A stretch of DNA of 56,718 bases, counting the filler, from Sluysia triapertura (taxonomy: Eukaryota): NCBI GenBank assembly GCA_046118255.1. It is 4 parts of 4 records of this genome, joined end to end, with 100 filler letters (N's around TTAATTAATTAA, not from the genome) between each part and the next. Parts side by side here need not be neighbours in the genome. Positions count along the whole stretch, not along the records: positions 1 to 11,078 come from JBJNIA010189276.1; positions 11,179 to 25,594 come from JBJNIA010260512.1; 2 more parts are not named here. The stretch is one strand, 5' to 3'. A program made the position numbers and the translations under genes. The notes beneath the pieces are model-generated. The model was not told where the DNA came from. It saw only the letters and a list, made by a program, of their open reading frames with translations, and searched no databases. This document shows, one piece after another, positions 1-12,368 of the stretch (position 1 is its first letter; each line of letters starts with the position of its first letter).

Positions 1-77
<77 letters not shown>
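1..77. repeat. (AAT)n microsatellite
   Basis: Directly visible, about 25 units with one interruption. Confidence 0.95.
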
Positions 78-79
<2 letters not shown>

Positions 80-1187
80 CATAAAACGTTCGCAAATTAT
101 ACTCGGATTTTAAATGATGTATATGCTGCGGAACATCTCTAATACCGTCCAGTGAATTGTTCTATTTTAAGCAATGTAAAACGTAATTAAAGGTTTCAAT
201 ATTTGTAGTTAAAAGACTCTAATATTTTTATTAAGATATTGACACATTTTATATTTGAAAAATAACTAAAGGTTAAATTAAACGGTGTAAAATTATAGAT
301 TTCTATGATAGTTGAAAGAAAATTATTTTTCGCCGTTTCTTGAAATGTATGTATAATCATTAGTCCTTTCGAGCATCATTTGATAGATTGATCGAACTTT
401 AATTCCTATTGAATTAAATACTGTTTTAACATACTTAGCTTCATCGCTAGCCCGTACTCTTTTAGATACCTTAAAATCACAAACACTAAAAGTACTTCGA
501 GAATTACTAAAACGTAGAACATACATTTGTGATGTCCGGTTTATTGTTAATTTATAAACTGAAATTTTAGTTTTAGTAAATAATTTAATTTCAAAAAAAC
601 TGTTATCGAGTAAGGACTTAAGGTCCAGTTTGGCTAAAATTGGATTTAAGGTCCGAATCTATAAAATAAAATCGAATAAAAGTAAAATTGAAACTCGGCT
701 AAGGCCAGCAAATGACTTATTAACAAAGTAGTAACAAAAATAAAAATCTGTCGTATTTATTAATTTATATATCACAACTTTTGAATCAATAAACTTTACA
801 ACATATTCTAAGCTAAGATTTAAAGTTATGTCTTTTAAAAGTTCAAAAGGCAACTTCTTGGAGTTCTCTGAATTTAATTGGTCATTTACACAATGTGTTT
901 TCTGTTGTTTTATGTTCAATAGCACGTTATAAATTCTCTTTATTTAGTACGTATATTATTATAAAATTCTATTTATTTAAAGTTCTTCATTAAAATAAAG
1001 TTTATTATGAGCGTTGACATCATTTACTAAATAAATAATTATACTAACTTCCTTTGGAAATAATTCAAATTTTAAAACTTTAAAACTTCAAAAGTTTCGC
1101 ATTAAAAATGTAATAACATGGAAGATCGAATTCATAATAAGAAATATCACTAAAGATAAAAGAAAATAGACAGTTAACAAAGCTTAC

Positions 1188-1397
1188 TTCCAGAGTTGTG
1201 TTCTGATCTTTCAGAAACTCTAAATTATTCTCTAAATCCGTAGTTGCCTTTTCACTTTTTACCAATACTGGTTTAGCTTCATCTAGGGAATATTTTATCA
1301 TAACATTAGCACCTAGGTCTAATTTCACTTTACTTACTTTTTCGTTTTCTGGAAATCGATGTAACTGATTTGTAATCTCAAACTTATGAGATGCCAT
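1188..1397 (-). pseudogene. VBP1: Prefoldin subunit 3 (VBP1)-like fragment/exon
   Basis: KVKLDLGANVMIKYSLDEAKPVL...LENNLEFLKDQNTTLE matches the VBP1 motif KVCLWLGANVMLEYDIDEA...LEEDLDFLRDQFTTTE. Ends at a GTAAGC donor. Conserved Trp lost, small in-frame deletion, no convincing flanking exons. Confidence 0.7.
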
Positions 1398-1807
1398 CAG
1401 CACAAATGGCATCAGATGTGCTGATTCAAAGTGATTCATTTCGCATAACTTGTATTTTTGAAGTAATTCTTGTTTAATTTTACGAGATTCAAGAAAATTA
1501 GTATACCTATGAAATTTAATGTATTCATCGTGATTTTATACAAAATCTTCAGTGGAATTTCGCAAACATTGACGCCATGATAATTGTGGTACCTAGATGA
1601 AGTCAAAGTAGTATTGGTAAAATTGTAAAAATGACATTTTGGTACTAAATTTTTTGTGTAGAGTATCAAATTGTATAGTGAAATTTCGTTCAGTGCAATT
1701 ATAATGTAGAGAATGACAACTTTTTACGTTGAGGTAGTTTATTTTAAAATTTTTTTACAATTTAGTCTTAATACTGCAACTGACAGTCATAAATAACTGC
1801 CAAAAAG

Positions 1808-1861
<54 letters not shown>

Positions 1862-1891
1862 GTTATTATTATTATTATTATTATTATTATT
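1808..1891. repeat. (ATT)n microsatellite
   Basis: Directly visible. Confidence 0.95.
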
Positions 1892-3014
1892 TAGATTCCA
1901 TATTTCTGTGATCCTGACAAATTTACGATTATGAAAATTAATTAAAATAACGAATTTTACTTTATCTCTATCGACATTCCATCATTAGAAATACTAATGA
2001 AATTCAACATTACACCTTAATTCTAATGTTATTTTATCGTGTATGTACATTTTTCAAGAAATTTTTAAATTTTTAATTAAATTAATTAATAACTATACTT
2101 TTATATTTTAACGATAAGGCCCTATATAAAATCCACTTTTCTTTCTATTTTAATTCACATATTCCATTAACGAACATAATTTATCTTAATTTTTTATTTT
2201 ATTCTCTCAATAATTCTTACTTTATTCTTATACTATATATAAGTTACAACCCTTAGATCTGCTTCATCTTTAACTAAACCCAAGAGAACCATAAATGACG
2301 AAATAAGCATGTGTTGTTGACATGCACAGTAATTAAACAGAATTCCAGATTTTATAGCAAATTATCTAAACACTATATAAAGAACCACATTGTTAATTAT
2401 TCTCTTCCTTTGTAAGAATGCTGATTCAGTAAACTAGGCAAACACTAACAAGTTCCTGATATCTTTATTGCAAAAATTTATCGGCCGAATCATCCAAATC
2501 CACTTTTGGAGATCTCGAAAAATTGACAATACGGTCCATTTGATGACTAGTGCTAACTAGTAGAAGTGGAATATTTCATTGAAGGAGAATGTGATGTATA
2601 GAAGAAATAAAAACTAAACCTGGTAATTTAGCAAATTTAACCAATGTGATAAATCTGCATGGTTAAATAAATGTTTTTTTAATTAATGTATAAATACTTA
2701 TAATACTTATAATATTATAAGAATTATAATATTAAATCATTTTTTACATCATATATTTTAAAATACATTAATTTGATTAAATATTTCTTATTTTATATTC
2801 CTTGTTTTATATATTCCTTATTTTGTTTATATACTTTGTTAAATATTACTGAAAAATATTTTTTATATGTCACGATTTTTATAAAATCCATATGCACATA
2901 TATTAACATTTATAAGTTATTTTTCAATTATTGTAAAAGTTATTAATTGATATTTTTTCTGCATATTTATTTTGCTACTTATTTTATTACTTTACTGTAG
3001 ATAATCTTAGAAAA

Positions 3015-3956
3015 ATGGTAAATCATAAGATACATTGTTTTATTTTTAGTTTTCTGATTTTGTTCAGATTGATTTCGATGTACCCATTACGAATGTTGCT
3101 ATTTTTGCTGATAAGAGTAAAGCGCCTTCATGCTATCAAATCGTAAATGCATTATTTTATATTTATTTGTCTTAGGTTGATAAGACTTTTGATAATTACG
3201 AAGATGCCGATCTGTGGAAAGATGGTTTCCTAAGACGCACATATAGGTATATTGGTTTTGAAAAGGATAAAAATTCGAGCGTAAATTTTGTAAGCTTTAA
3301 TTTTTTTAATAGGATGTTTTGGTGGGAATTCAAATAATCAATGAAAAAGAAGATATACCTGCAGGGTTTTATCCTATTGAAAATACTTTTGATTCAAGTA
3401 AAATATTATATTTAAATAAATACATGTAGACGAAAAAGCTTTGAAGAAAAAGTTGGTTTGTGTAAAAGTAGTTTCGAAGAATGTTGCTAAAACAGCAATT
3501 ACAGATTTAATTATAAGCCGATCTCGACGAATCCCTATGGGCTATACAACAATATGGTTTGTTTGGGTTTATGAATTTATTTTATTGTTTAGCGATTTAA
3601 ATAATATGATATTGGCTTACAAATTATCTCATATACAAGCAGAAAATATGAATGCACCAGTAAATTCCAATATTCAAAACTCTGATCAAATAAAGTCTAG
3701 TGAATTTATTAGAGCAAATAGTACTATAGGTCGACTGACCGTGACACGTATACTTTTAATCTATATGATTCAATTAATATTTTTTAGCAATGTCAGGTGT
3801 TACGTTTCGTTTTGTGAAAAAAAATCAATCTAAAGGTATTATTGTTACACCATCAGTAGAAAAATTAAAAAGCTTAGATCAAATTGAAAGAGAAGTAAAT
3901 ATTGATTTGTAATTTAGTAACAGCATCCATTTAAACATTTTCACAATAAAGACTAA
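3015..3956 (+). CDS. MVB12: Multivesicular body subunit 12 (ESCRT-I; MABP + UMA domains), 8 exons
   Basis: Exons 3015-3017, 3068-3142, 3176-3280, 3313-3397, 3430-3556, 3593-3747, 3788-3894, 3924-3956 (last tentative), all GT-AG and frame-compatible. Motifs PITNVAI..KAPSCYQIVDKT..DADLWKDGF, DIPAGFYPIENTFDS..ALKKKLVCVK, and UMA-like PMSGVTF...KSLDQIERE. Confidence 0.9.
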
Positions 3957-5539
3957 AATTCCTGATCCTATGTACTTTACAAAGTGGGAAAGTAAACTAA
4001 CGTTTAATTTGTAAATATATTTTAAGTCGCAACTTTTAAATAGCGCTCGATGTTTACAGTATTTCTCATTTTTAAAATTCTCTTTATATTTGCGCAGAAT
4101 TTTCTTTTATTATAACTGAATTTCTTCAAATGCTTTTGTTATATATTTTATGTTCGAAGGTATTTGACGTTTTGTAAATCAATTGTGTCAATAAATGAGA
4201 ATTAAAATCATTACAATTTCACTTCATATCAGGAAATAACAGTTAATATATCTGTTATTCGTTAGTTAAGGAACGAAACATTTCCTTTTTTATTTCAATA
4301 ATAAAAATATTGATATAAATGACTTGATTTGTTAGTATTGTTTTAAAAATGATATTAAATGATAAATGACAATTACTCATAATTAGAATTCATATTACAT
4401 ATATTAATTGAAAATTATTGTAAATGAAGTTTGTTCTAAATTAAATATTAATTAAAAATTACTGTAAATAAACAAATATTTAATATTCAGGTAAACATTA
4501 AAAGTTCAATGCTTAATTTAAACTTAAGATTTAATTATAAAATAAATAAATGTTTGAATTAAATTCCAATATGTGGCAACTAATGTCTAAGAACTTGCAA
4601 AAGGTGAAAAATATAATTCGAAAATATTTGAAGATAAGAATAATTTCCTTGAAGCTAACTTTCAATGAAGATTTCTTGAGATGCAGTATAGAGACAATAT
4701 TTTAATGTAACATTAATTAAAATTTAAAATACCATAGGAAAAATTACGTGTAGTCTTTTAATTTTTTGTGCTATAACATTTTATTCGGAGTTTTAATAAA
4801 TAAACTTGTTGAGTTTCGCATCTTAATTGTAATTTCTAAATGAGAAAATTTGAGTTTTGACACCTGAGGCGAGTAAAAACTTAAGATTTAAGTAATTTTA
4901 ATTAGTAATACTAGTAGTCTTGAACGTCGAAATACAAAAAATATATAAGCTATTAAAATGGAAAAACTTATTAAAGTTATTAATGTAAAATCATAAAAAA
5001 GTAGCTTAAGAACATTCATGTACAATTACTTAAATTTTACAAATGAGAATAGTTCACTATTAGTTGAATATTTAAATGATAAATATTATAGAATATATTT
5101 AGTTATATTACACTAATGCTTGCAATAAAATACATAAAAATACTTAAAATGTGACATTTCTAGAATATGAAAAAGTATATTTTTGAATTTTCTAATTTTA
5201 CATTATTTAACGTTGAAGTTTCGCATGTGAATGGCAGTCGTAGATCTTTGAAATTTAAACACGATGTAAGGGGGGTAATAAAATAAACAAAATATTATTA
5301 TCATTTGTATTTAATATTACACTAAAAATATTAATAATCTAAAGTGTAATTTTAATCTCAAATAAAATAATTAAATAATCGTCAAAACTTTTAATGATTA
5401 TTAACAATAACTAAATACTAAAATCAAAACATTTTAATAATCACAAAAAGAAGCTTAGTCTACAAAATGTTTTCTATTCATTGCTCCCTTTTATACTTTT
5501 GTTTTATCCATTTATTCTCAAACTTACAATTAGAAACAC

Positions 5540-6617
5540 TTATACACAAATCATCAGAACTTTTGAATATTAGACCAACCATAGCAATTACATGGTACAA
5601 CTTGTCATGCAGAACATAAAAATTCGATTAACAAACCATTATTTTTCTTCTACTCCATTTTTTTCCTAAATTATTTATTAAAACAATTGTTATTATCAGC
5701 ATACTAAAAATGATGACTTTAACTTTAGTTCTTGGAATTCAATTAATTTTCAATTCCTCACATTCAATTTTCTAGTGGAAAATGTTTAAAGTAGTCATTC
5801 ACAAACATTTCAATCTCTTCGGATTCTCTTTCATTTCTAAAAATACCAAAAACCAAAAGTATCGGCAAAGTTGATCATGATCAAGTGCTAAATTCCTTAG
5901 TAAATAAAATTAATGAAGTACATAAAGTAAAGTAATAGTGCAATCTGGTGAAGAAATATTAGAACAATATGCTTACTTAGTAAATTTCCAAATTTCAAGA
6001 TCAATGCTTTTATCGATCGTCTTCAGTTTATGACTTTAACTATTCAAAAGGACGAGTATTTACTACAATCTTTAGTTAGCTTTGATGCCGACGAAGTTCA
6101 TGATATTGAATGAGGTTTTAAATTTATGTTAACTTTTGTACTGGATAATCATTTTACTTTTGCGACCATTACTAAAATTGTAAATGTTGGTGAGTTAGAA
6201 ATTAATGCAACTTGTAATGTAGTGGTATTTAAATATGGAAAGGAATACAGCAAAGCTATGAATTAGTCCGTTTATAAAGTTGTTTTCGGTAATAAAGGAT
6301 CTCCTTATGGTCATATTAGTTGCATGAAATGGCCTATATCTGACATATCTAATGCTACAGTGCAAGTTGGTCAAATAATAAAAAATGATTTATGTTCAGA
6401 TCATTTACAACATTATCCTGCTGTAGAAGATGATGACAACCAATTACAGTTCCTGAACAATCAATTCACCTCGTATGAAGCAAGCTTTCTTAATTCTCTT
6501 TCTGCTTTCTTTAAAGATGATACATCTCTCATATTCCTTCTTTCAATTTGTTGTAAATTTAGTATAAAAGACTGCAACTCTTATTTTAATATGTTCAATA
6601 TTATTTTGTTTTTTTAA
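5540..6617 (+). pseudogene. Decayed orphan membrane/env-like ORF, copy A
   Basis: Broken reading frames ending in hydrophobic SLIFLLSI followed by CCK. 5543-5830 aligns at nucleotide level with 25146-25490. Confidence 0.4.
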
Positions 6618-7964
6618 TGGAAATAATATGATTAGAACTTTGGTAGTAACCAACTCTCTATTAATCAAGTAACATTAAATAAATATTTTGTAATAAATTT
6701 AGCCTTAAAATTCACACAAACATAATTTTTCTTAATTAAATTTTAATTAATTAATTTAACTTATTTTATTTCTAAGTTTAAAGGTTTTATTATGGTTATA
6801 ATGTTATATACTTTATAACGCACTCAGAGGTTCTAGATGCTTTCACCTTCACCACTCTGATCCCTTTTCTACTTTTTTATGTTAATTATTAATGTATCAA
6901 ATTTATCTTTAAATATCATTAACCATCATTTTTTAATTGAACATTTTAAAGGTTCCAAATTTTTTACAAGGTCTCAAAAGTTTATTAAGGCTTAAGAGTT
7001 TTAAAAGATTCCAACAGATCAATGAGGTTCCAAACTCTTAAGCCTTTGTAAGGGTCTTATACCATACAAAGTTTTTTGGAATTCCAAGGTATTTTTCGCT
7101 TTCAAAATGATTATACACATTATCTACATAAATTCAATACAATAGGAAATCTAACAAAATCATATACTATTTTCACAAAAGTAGAACATCTTTGCTCTTT
7201 GTAATGATGTCTGCAATTTAATTTTATTATCTTAATTATGGGTATCAGCCATAGATATTCGTCATTAATCGTTTTTTTACTAAAATCAGAATGGTTAAAT
7301 CTAATATTTAATTTACATTTAACACGTAGATAAGATAAAATTTCTATAAATTCAGATAAAGATACATGATTCAAATTATCTAATAATTTGCTAATGTCAA
7401 CTTCATTATTTGCGAACTATCCCTAAATAATTCGATGAAACCAATGTTTATCAAATAAAATATTAGTAATTCTAATACTTGAGTTACAAAAGGTAACTGA
7501 TGATTGTTAGTTAAACTAGCCACGCATTTGGGAAATTTATTCTGATAATTTATACATGAAAACATAATTTTAATACTAGTCTAAGCATGGTTTGATAAAC
7601 ATATATTCCTCAATACATTGGCTTTCTGATAAATTGTAGTCAATACTGCAATTATAAAGATAATTTAATTTCAACAATAAAACATGATTTTTAACACTTA
7701 ACACTTATTATAGTACCATAAAATTGAACATAGTATGAACTAAGCCGTTAATTATTTTCTCGAGCTTTTCATCATGGCACCATTATTAAATCTTAATTTA
7801 TTATGACTGAAACTTAATATTGTTCTGTAAATGACGAAATAAATCTTTGAAACATTTTGATAAACTGAAAGTTGAAAAATTTTATGTAATTGCCAAAAAC
7901 ATTTATTAAACAGAACCATAATAACAATGACAAAGATGATAATTATTATTGTTAATATAGATGA

Positions 7965-7965
<1 letters not shown>

Positions 7966-8023
<58 letters not shown>
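7966..8023. repeat. (ATT)n microsatellite
   Basis: Directly visible; explains the poly-Ile of ORF 7752..8147. Confidence 0.95.
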
Positions 8024-8026
<3 letters not shown>

Positions 8027-8550
8027 TATTTTGTATTTCAGTACAGATATGATTTCTCATTAGAAAATTCCGTTCTTCAAGACTAATTTCATTACAAATT
8101 CGATCAGTGTTTTGTAAAAACGATATTGATATATAATGCATTATCATTTGATTGATTGAAATATTTTATTAGGCACTCGGATTATGTAAATATAATTTGG
8201 AATTGGTACAAATTTCATAATTAAATTTTAAGAACATTTTTTAATAGAAAAATGGATCTAAAATAATTTGTTAAAATAAAATTTAATTTTTTACAATTCA
8301 TTGCACTTTGTAAAAATAATTTAGTAGTAGCTGCTAATCTAAGGTTACAGATACGTTAAAGTTTATATAAATATTTTAAAAAATTGTACGAAAGACATCT
8401 TTTGTACAGGATGAGTAATAAATAATGCCGCATTTTTATTTTTTGAAACTTAATATAATTAAGAAACTTGATCTTAATTGATAATTAAATTTACTTTAGT
8501 ATACTATTTATTATTATTATTATTCAGTGATGAAACAAAGAGTGTGCATC

Positions 8551-9350
8551 TCAATATTGTACATCTATTAATATATAAAATATATTTATATGGTGATAGC
8601 TTTTAGTAATTCTAATATTTTTTGTACGTTTATTAACTTTGAAATGAAGTACATTAATTTTACAACAGCAAATAAAAGAAGAAATCACCACCGAAATTAA
8701 ACAATTGAAAATTGCGTGGATGTACTTAATCAAGAATATATTTTGATATTCAATTATTGATTAAGTATTATTGTGTATGTCATTTATTTAAAGTACTTTA
8801 TTTTGACAATGTTTATTAAGATTTGATGTTATGTAAGCCACATTCATATTTAAGCGAAAATTTTTGCATTTCAAATTTCATAATTTGTAATGTGTTTGAT
8901 AGTAATTTGATTAAATTTTTGATGATGAAATTTTTTGAATTAGCATAAAGTTTAGATAAGAGTTATAGTTTTTATAAATGATGTTTGATACATATTTCAC
9001 TAAAAATTACGGTTTGTTTTATGGTTTTAAATTTATTGCAATTTTGGTTATACGTACTGAATAAACTGTACTTTAAGGTGAATAACGAAATAGTAATAAA
9101 TCGATAAATCTTTATGAAAGTTGAAGACCTATTGTCATTTATGGAAAATACGGATACTTCCATTTGCATTGGATTGTGCGATTACGTTTAATAATTGTAG
9201 GATGACTGAGTTATTCATAAATGGCTGGTATTTATCGTCTTGTTTAAAGCTAGCTTTAAACCATTCAATTATAATGTGTTTGTAACAAACCAAGGTGTAT
9301 AAAGATCAAGTTCCATTGTAATCATGTACTGTTGCGTCTTTGAAAATTAT
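8551..9350 (-). pseudogene. Decayed orphan membrane/env-like ORF, copy B
   Basis: C-terminal IFNCLISVVISSFI-CCCK then basic tail. Internal LLNVIAQSNANGSIRIF resembles LFSNVIHANGNSRIF at about 14560. Confidence 0.4.
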
Positions 9351-9611
9351 TAATTACGATAAATTAATATCAATTTAATTAACATAATTAAAATCTCAAT
9401 AATTTAAGTACTCACTATATCAAGTATGAACTGTGAATAATTTTCTTATTTTAATAATAATTATTCACCTCCAGAATTAAGTTTTTAAATCAAATTAATA
9501 ACAACTCAATAATATAATGAATACAAAGATCTATACAAATTACTATTGTAAGTCTTCACTGAACAATAATAAAAATAACCAAAATTACAGAATTAACAAT
9601 AACGTTTAGAA

Positions 9612-9768
9612 TGTCGAGATATAGGCCTAAGGTGCCGCTTGGTATTGTTGACTATTCTAATCTAAAAATTGTTAGATAAGAGCTGAAAGCTCAGTGGAGG
9701 AGCACCGAACTGCGCAGCGAGAGGTCCCGGGTCCGATCCCTGATTAGTCCATTTTATGAAGACTAACA
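9612..9768 (+). mobile_element. Short LTR (TGTCG...TAACA) containing a tRNA-like sequence
   Basis: 157 bp, TG...CA ends, homologous at both ends and in the tRNA-like part to 33662-33805, followed after 2 nt by a PBS. Confidence 0.7.
9680..9751 (+). pseudogene. tRNA-derived sequence (Ala-like T arm) within LTR; not a functional tRNA
   Basis: GAGCTGA-AAGCTCAGTGG (A box)...AGGTCCCGGGTCCGATCCC (B-box-like)...TTAGTCC-A. D stem GCTC/GAGC intact, anticodon stem unpaired. Confidence 0.7.
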
Positions 9769-9770
9769 TT

Positions 9771-9784
9771 TGGTGAGCCCGACG
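9771..9784 (+). promoter_or_regulatory. Primer-binding site, tRNA-Trp type
   Basis: TGGTGAGCCCGACG vs canonical Trp PBS TGGTGACCCCGACG (13/14), 2 nt after the LTR-terminal CA. Confidence 0.75.
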
Positions 9785-11078
9785 ATATATTAAAGTACAT
9801 TTTTTAATTTACTTAATTTAAATTTGTTTAATCTGATAACTCAATAGAAATGTTTTCTCCTGATATAATGATATTGTATTTAGTGTATAATATTGAGTTT
9901 TATTAGTATTTTTAATGATGAAGTATTGCGAAATATGTCAACGTAGGTAGCATAAAAATTAGTTATTTTTATAAGTTAAATGTGATGCTTATAAAGTTAC
10001 TAATTCAAATATGTTATTGTACTTGACGTGCTACGTAAGGTTGACGCGCCAAAGGTTCTTATGAAAAATAAGTATATTATTTCATTAATTTTATTCTAAA
10101 ATTAAGTTAACTAATTTTATTGTTAACAATACAATAATGATATAAAATTTTAATTTAATCCCATTATCTTTCGATAATTAAAAAGATAATGAAATTGAAC
10201 ACTAACTCATATTGCTGTCGAAATTTAATCAGTAAAATTGGTCGGCTTATCACCGACTTAAAAAGAATAGACAGCTTTAATTTCTGTCTTGTTCAATTTC
10301 TAATTTTTCCATTTTCTAAATCATCATAAAGTTGCTTTATAAGCGGTCGTATTTTTTTCAAAAATTTAGACATAGACAAGAGTTAGAATCAAGGCAAGAA
10401 AATAAAACTAAAACTCTCTATTTGTACGGACGCTGCTTCAAGTCATCAGTGGATAAAGGTGAAATTGAAACTATGTCTTTGACAATCAGTTAAAATAAAA
10501 CATTTTTCTAAAAATAGGAACAAAGGTTAGTAACGTGTTTGGTATTAATTATATTTTGTATTAATATGGGCATCAAAATTTATCTTAGATAAGTTGTGTC
10601 ACCCTTAATAGTGATTTGTTGTAAAATTCATAATTTGAAGACGATTTGTTATTAGAGAATAATTTGTATTGCTATATGTATTATTATTTGTATTGCTGTT
10701 TGTATTATTATAAAGAATATTTGTTGTAATCTTGTAATAATATTGGAGAATACATCGATATTTTGAATTTATTTAGTTATTTAGTTTTAATTTGATAATT
10801 TAAAAATAAAAGTATTAAAAAGAGAACAATCCCTTACAGACTGTGTTAATTTTATTTGGAGGACCTCCAACTGTTACTTAATAAATGCTTCTATTAACAT
10901 ACTTTTTATGAAGATATCTTGAAACTGACATTCATAATAGACAAAATTAAGACTTATTAGTGCCAGCAAACCATCTTCTCATCATTACGTTAATTAACGA
11001 AACAGTTCATCAAAATTCTCAACATTGTGCTACTTCTCATTCAAACACAGAAAACAATTCTAAGGCACAACATATATA

Positions 11079-11178
11079 NNNNNNNNNNNNNNNNNNNNNN
11101 NNNNNNNNNNNNNNNNNNNNNNTTAATTAATTAANNNNNNNNNNNNNNNNNNNNNNNNNNNNNNNNNNNNNNNNNNNN
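11079..11178. other. Assembly gap with artificial six-frame-stop linker
   Basis: 44 N + TTAATTAATTAA + 44 N. Confidence 0.95.
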
Positions 11179-11435
11179 TTTAATGATAATAATAATATGC
11201 AATTTTATAAATTTAAGTCTGATTTTGACTCAAGATGTGTAATCGTGAGTGTTTATAAATGTAGATGAGTTTGAGTGGATTTTAAGACCGTTTTAATTAA
11301 TCGGGTCTGCAACTTATAATAAAAAGCTTACTAAATCGAGCACGAAGATTCCAAAAATGATGATCAGCAAATTGAGCAATTGTAACCAATCCCAAATCAA
11401 TTCCAATTGACTTGACTGTTTTTCAGTAATTGAAC

Positions 11436-11575
11436 GCTTCAACAAAATTAACAATCGAATGACCCAAACGTCCCACAAAAATTAACAATCGAATAATCCA
11501 ATAATGCTTCAACAAAATTAACAATTGAATGATCCAAAACGTCCCACAGAGTTAACAATTGAATGATCCAGTAAC
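11436..11575. repeat. Tandem repeat of about 35-bp alternating A/B monomers (70-bp dimer x2)
   Basis: Units start gcttcaac / gtcccac and share TTAACAATYGAATRAYCCA. Confidence 0.85.
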
Positions 11576-11823
11576 TGATAATTGCACAAAGCTCCAAATA
11601 GATTTTTTACTGTTGATTTTAAAGATTATGTCTTAGTTTAATGATCCTTACCTTTATATATTTTTTTTGCTTATTAATTATTGTCTAATGACATCATATA
11701 AATAAATAATTTATAAACAGACAATTTTCTGAAATAATAAATAAACAGTTTTTTGAACATAAATAATAAGTTTCCAAAGATTTGTAATAATAAGATGAGA
11801 ATTTAAACATAAATAATAAATTT

Positions 11824-11984
11824 CCGTTATAATTAAAATGATTTCGAATGTTTATATAAATATTAAATCGTTGATATCCGTTATAATTAAAATGATTTCG
11901 AATGTTTACATAAATATTAAATCGTTGATATCCGTTATTATTAAAATGATTTCAAATGTTTACATAAATATTAAATCGTTGATA
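11824..11984. repeat. 54-bp tandem repeat x3, plus degenerate upstream copies
   Basis: ccgttataattaaaatgatttcgaatgtttayataaatattaaatcgttgatat at 11824, 11878 and 11932. Confidence 0.9.
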
Positions 11985-12368
11985 AACTTTTTATTATTTA
12001 ATTTTAGAATTATTATTTACAAAGATTATCATGTTTTTTATTATTATTATTTTGCCATAAAACTTTTTTAAAATATTATTATTTACAACTTAACGTAATT
12101 TATCTTTCTAAATTATTTACAAAATCTTTATACCTAAATTATTTACATTATTATGATTATCATATTTATTATTAATTATCCCTCTAGTATTTTTGTACTA
12201 TTAATCTATTAATATTAAAACGCACAAAGGTCTAAATCTAAACTAGTGTATTCAGGTGAATGACCTCATTCGTTAAAAAAACAATATTATTGCCTCCTTT
12301 AATTCCACAAACAAAATTCGCCGTCCTTAATAAACGTATAACAATGAGCGCAGGGCCATCATAAATTT

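Noticed and set aside
7752-8147. Poly-Ile 'membrane protein' ORFs (also 54642..54854, 55884..56084)
   Set aside because: Produced by (ATT/AAT)n microsatellites.
9680-9751. Functional tRNA gene or ordinary SINE
   Set aside because: Anticodon stem unpaired, T loop mutated, and homology extends to TG...CA ends with a PBS.
10620-10838. TGTAA...TTACA segment as another LTR
   Set aside because: No TSD, PBS, PPT or second copy found.
11123-11134. Palindromic TTAATTAATTAA inside N runs (also 25639-25650, 44186-44197)
   Set aside because: Identical 44N-12-44N format; artificial six-frame-stop scaffolding linker.
11436-11984. Regular repeats as a CRISPR-like array
   Set aside because: Units are contiguous tandem copies without unique spacers; no cas genes; eukaryotic context.
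11838-12071. Repetitive 77-aa ORF
   Set aside because: Translation of the 54-bp tandem repeat.
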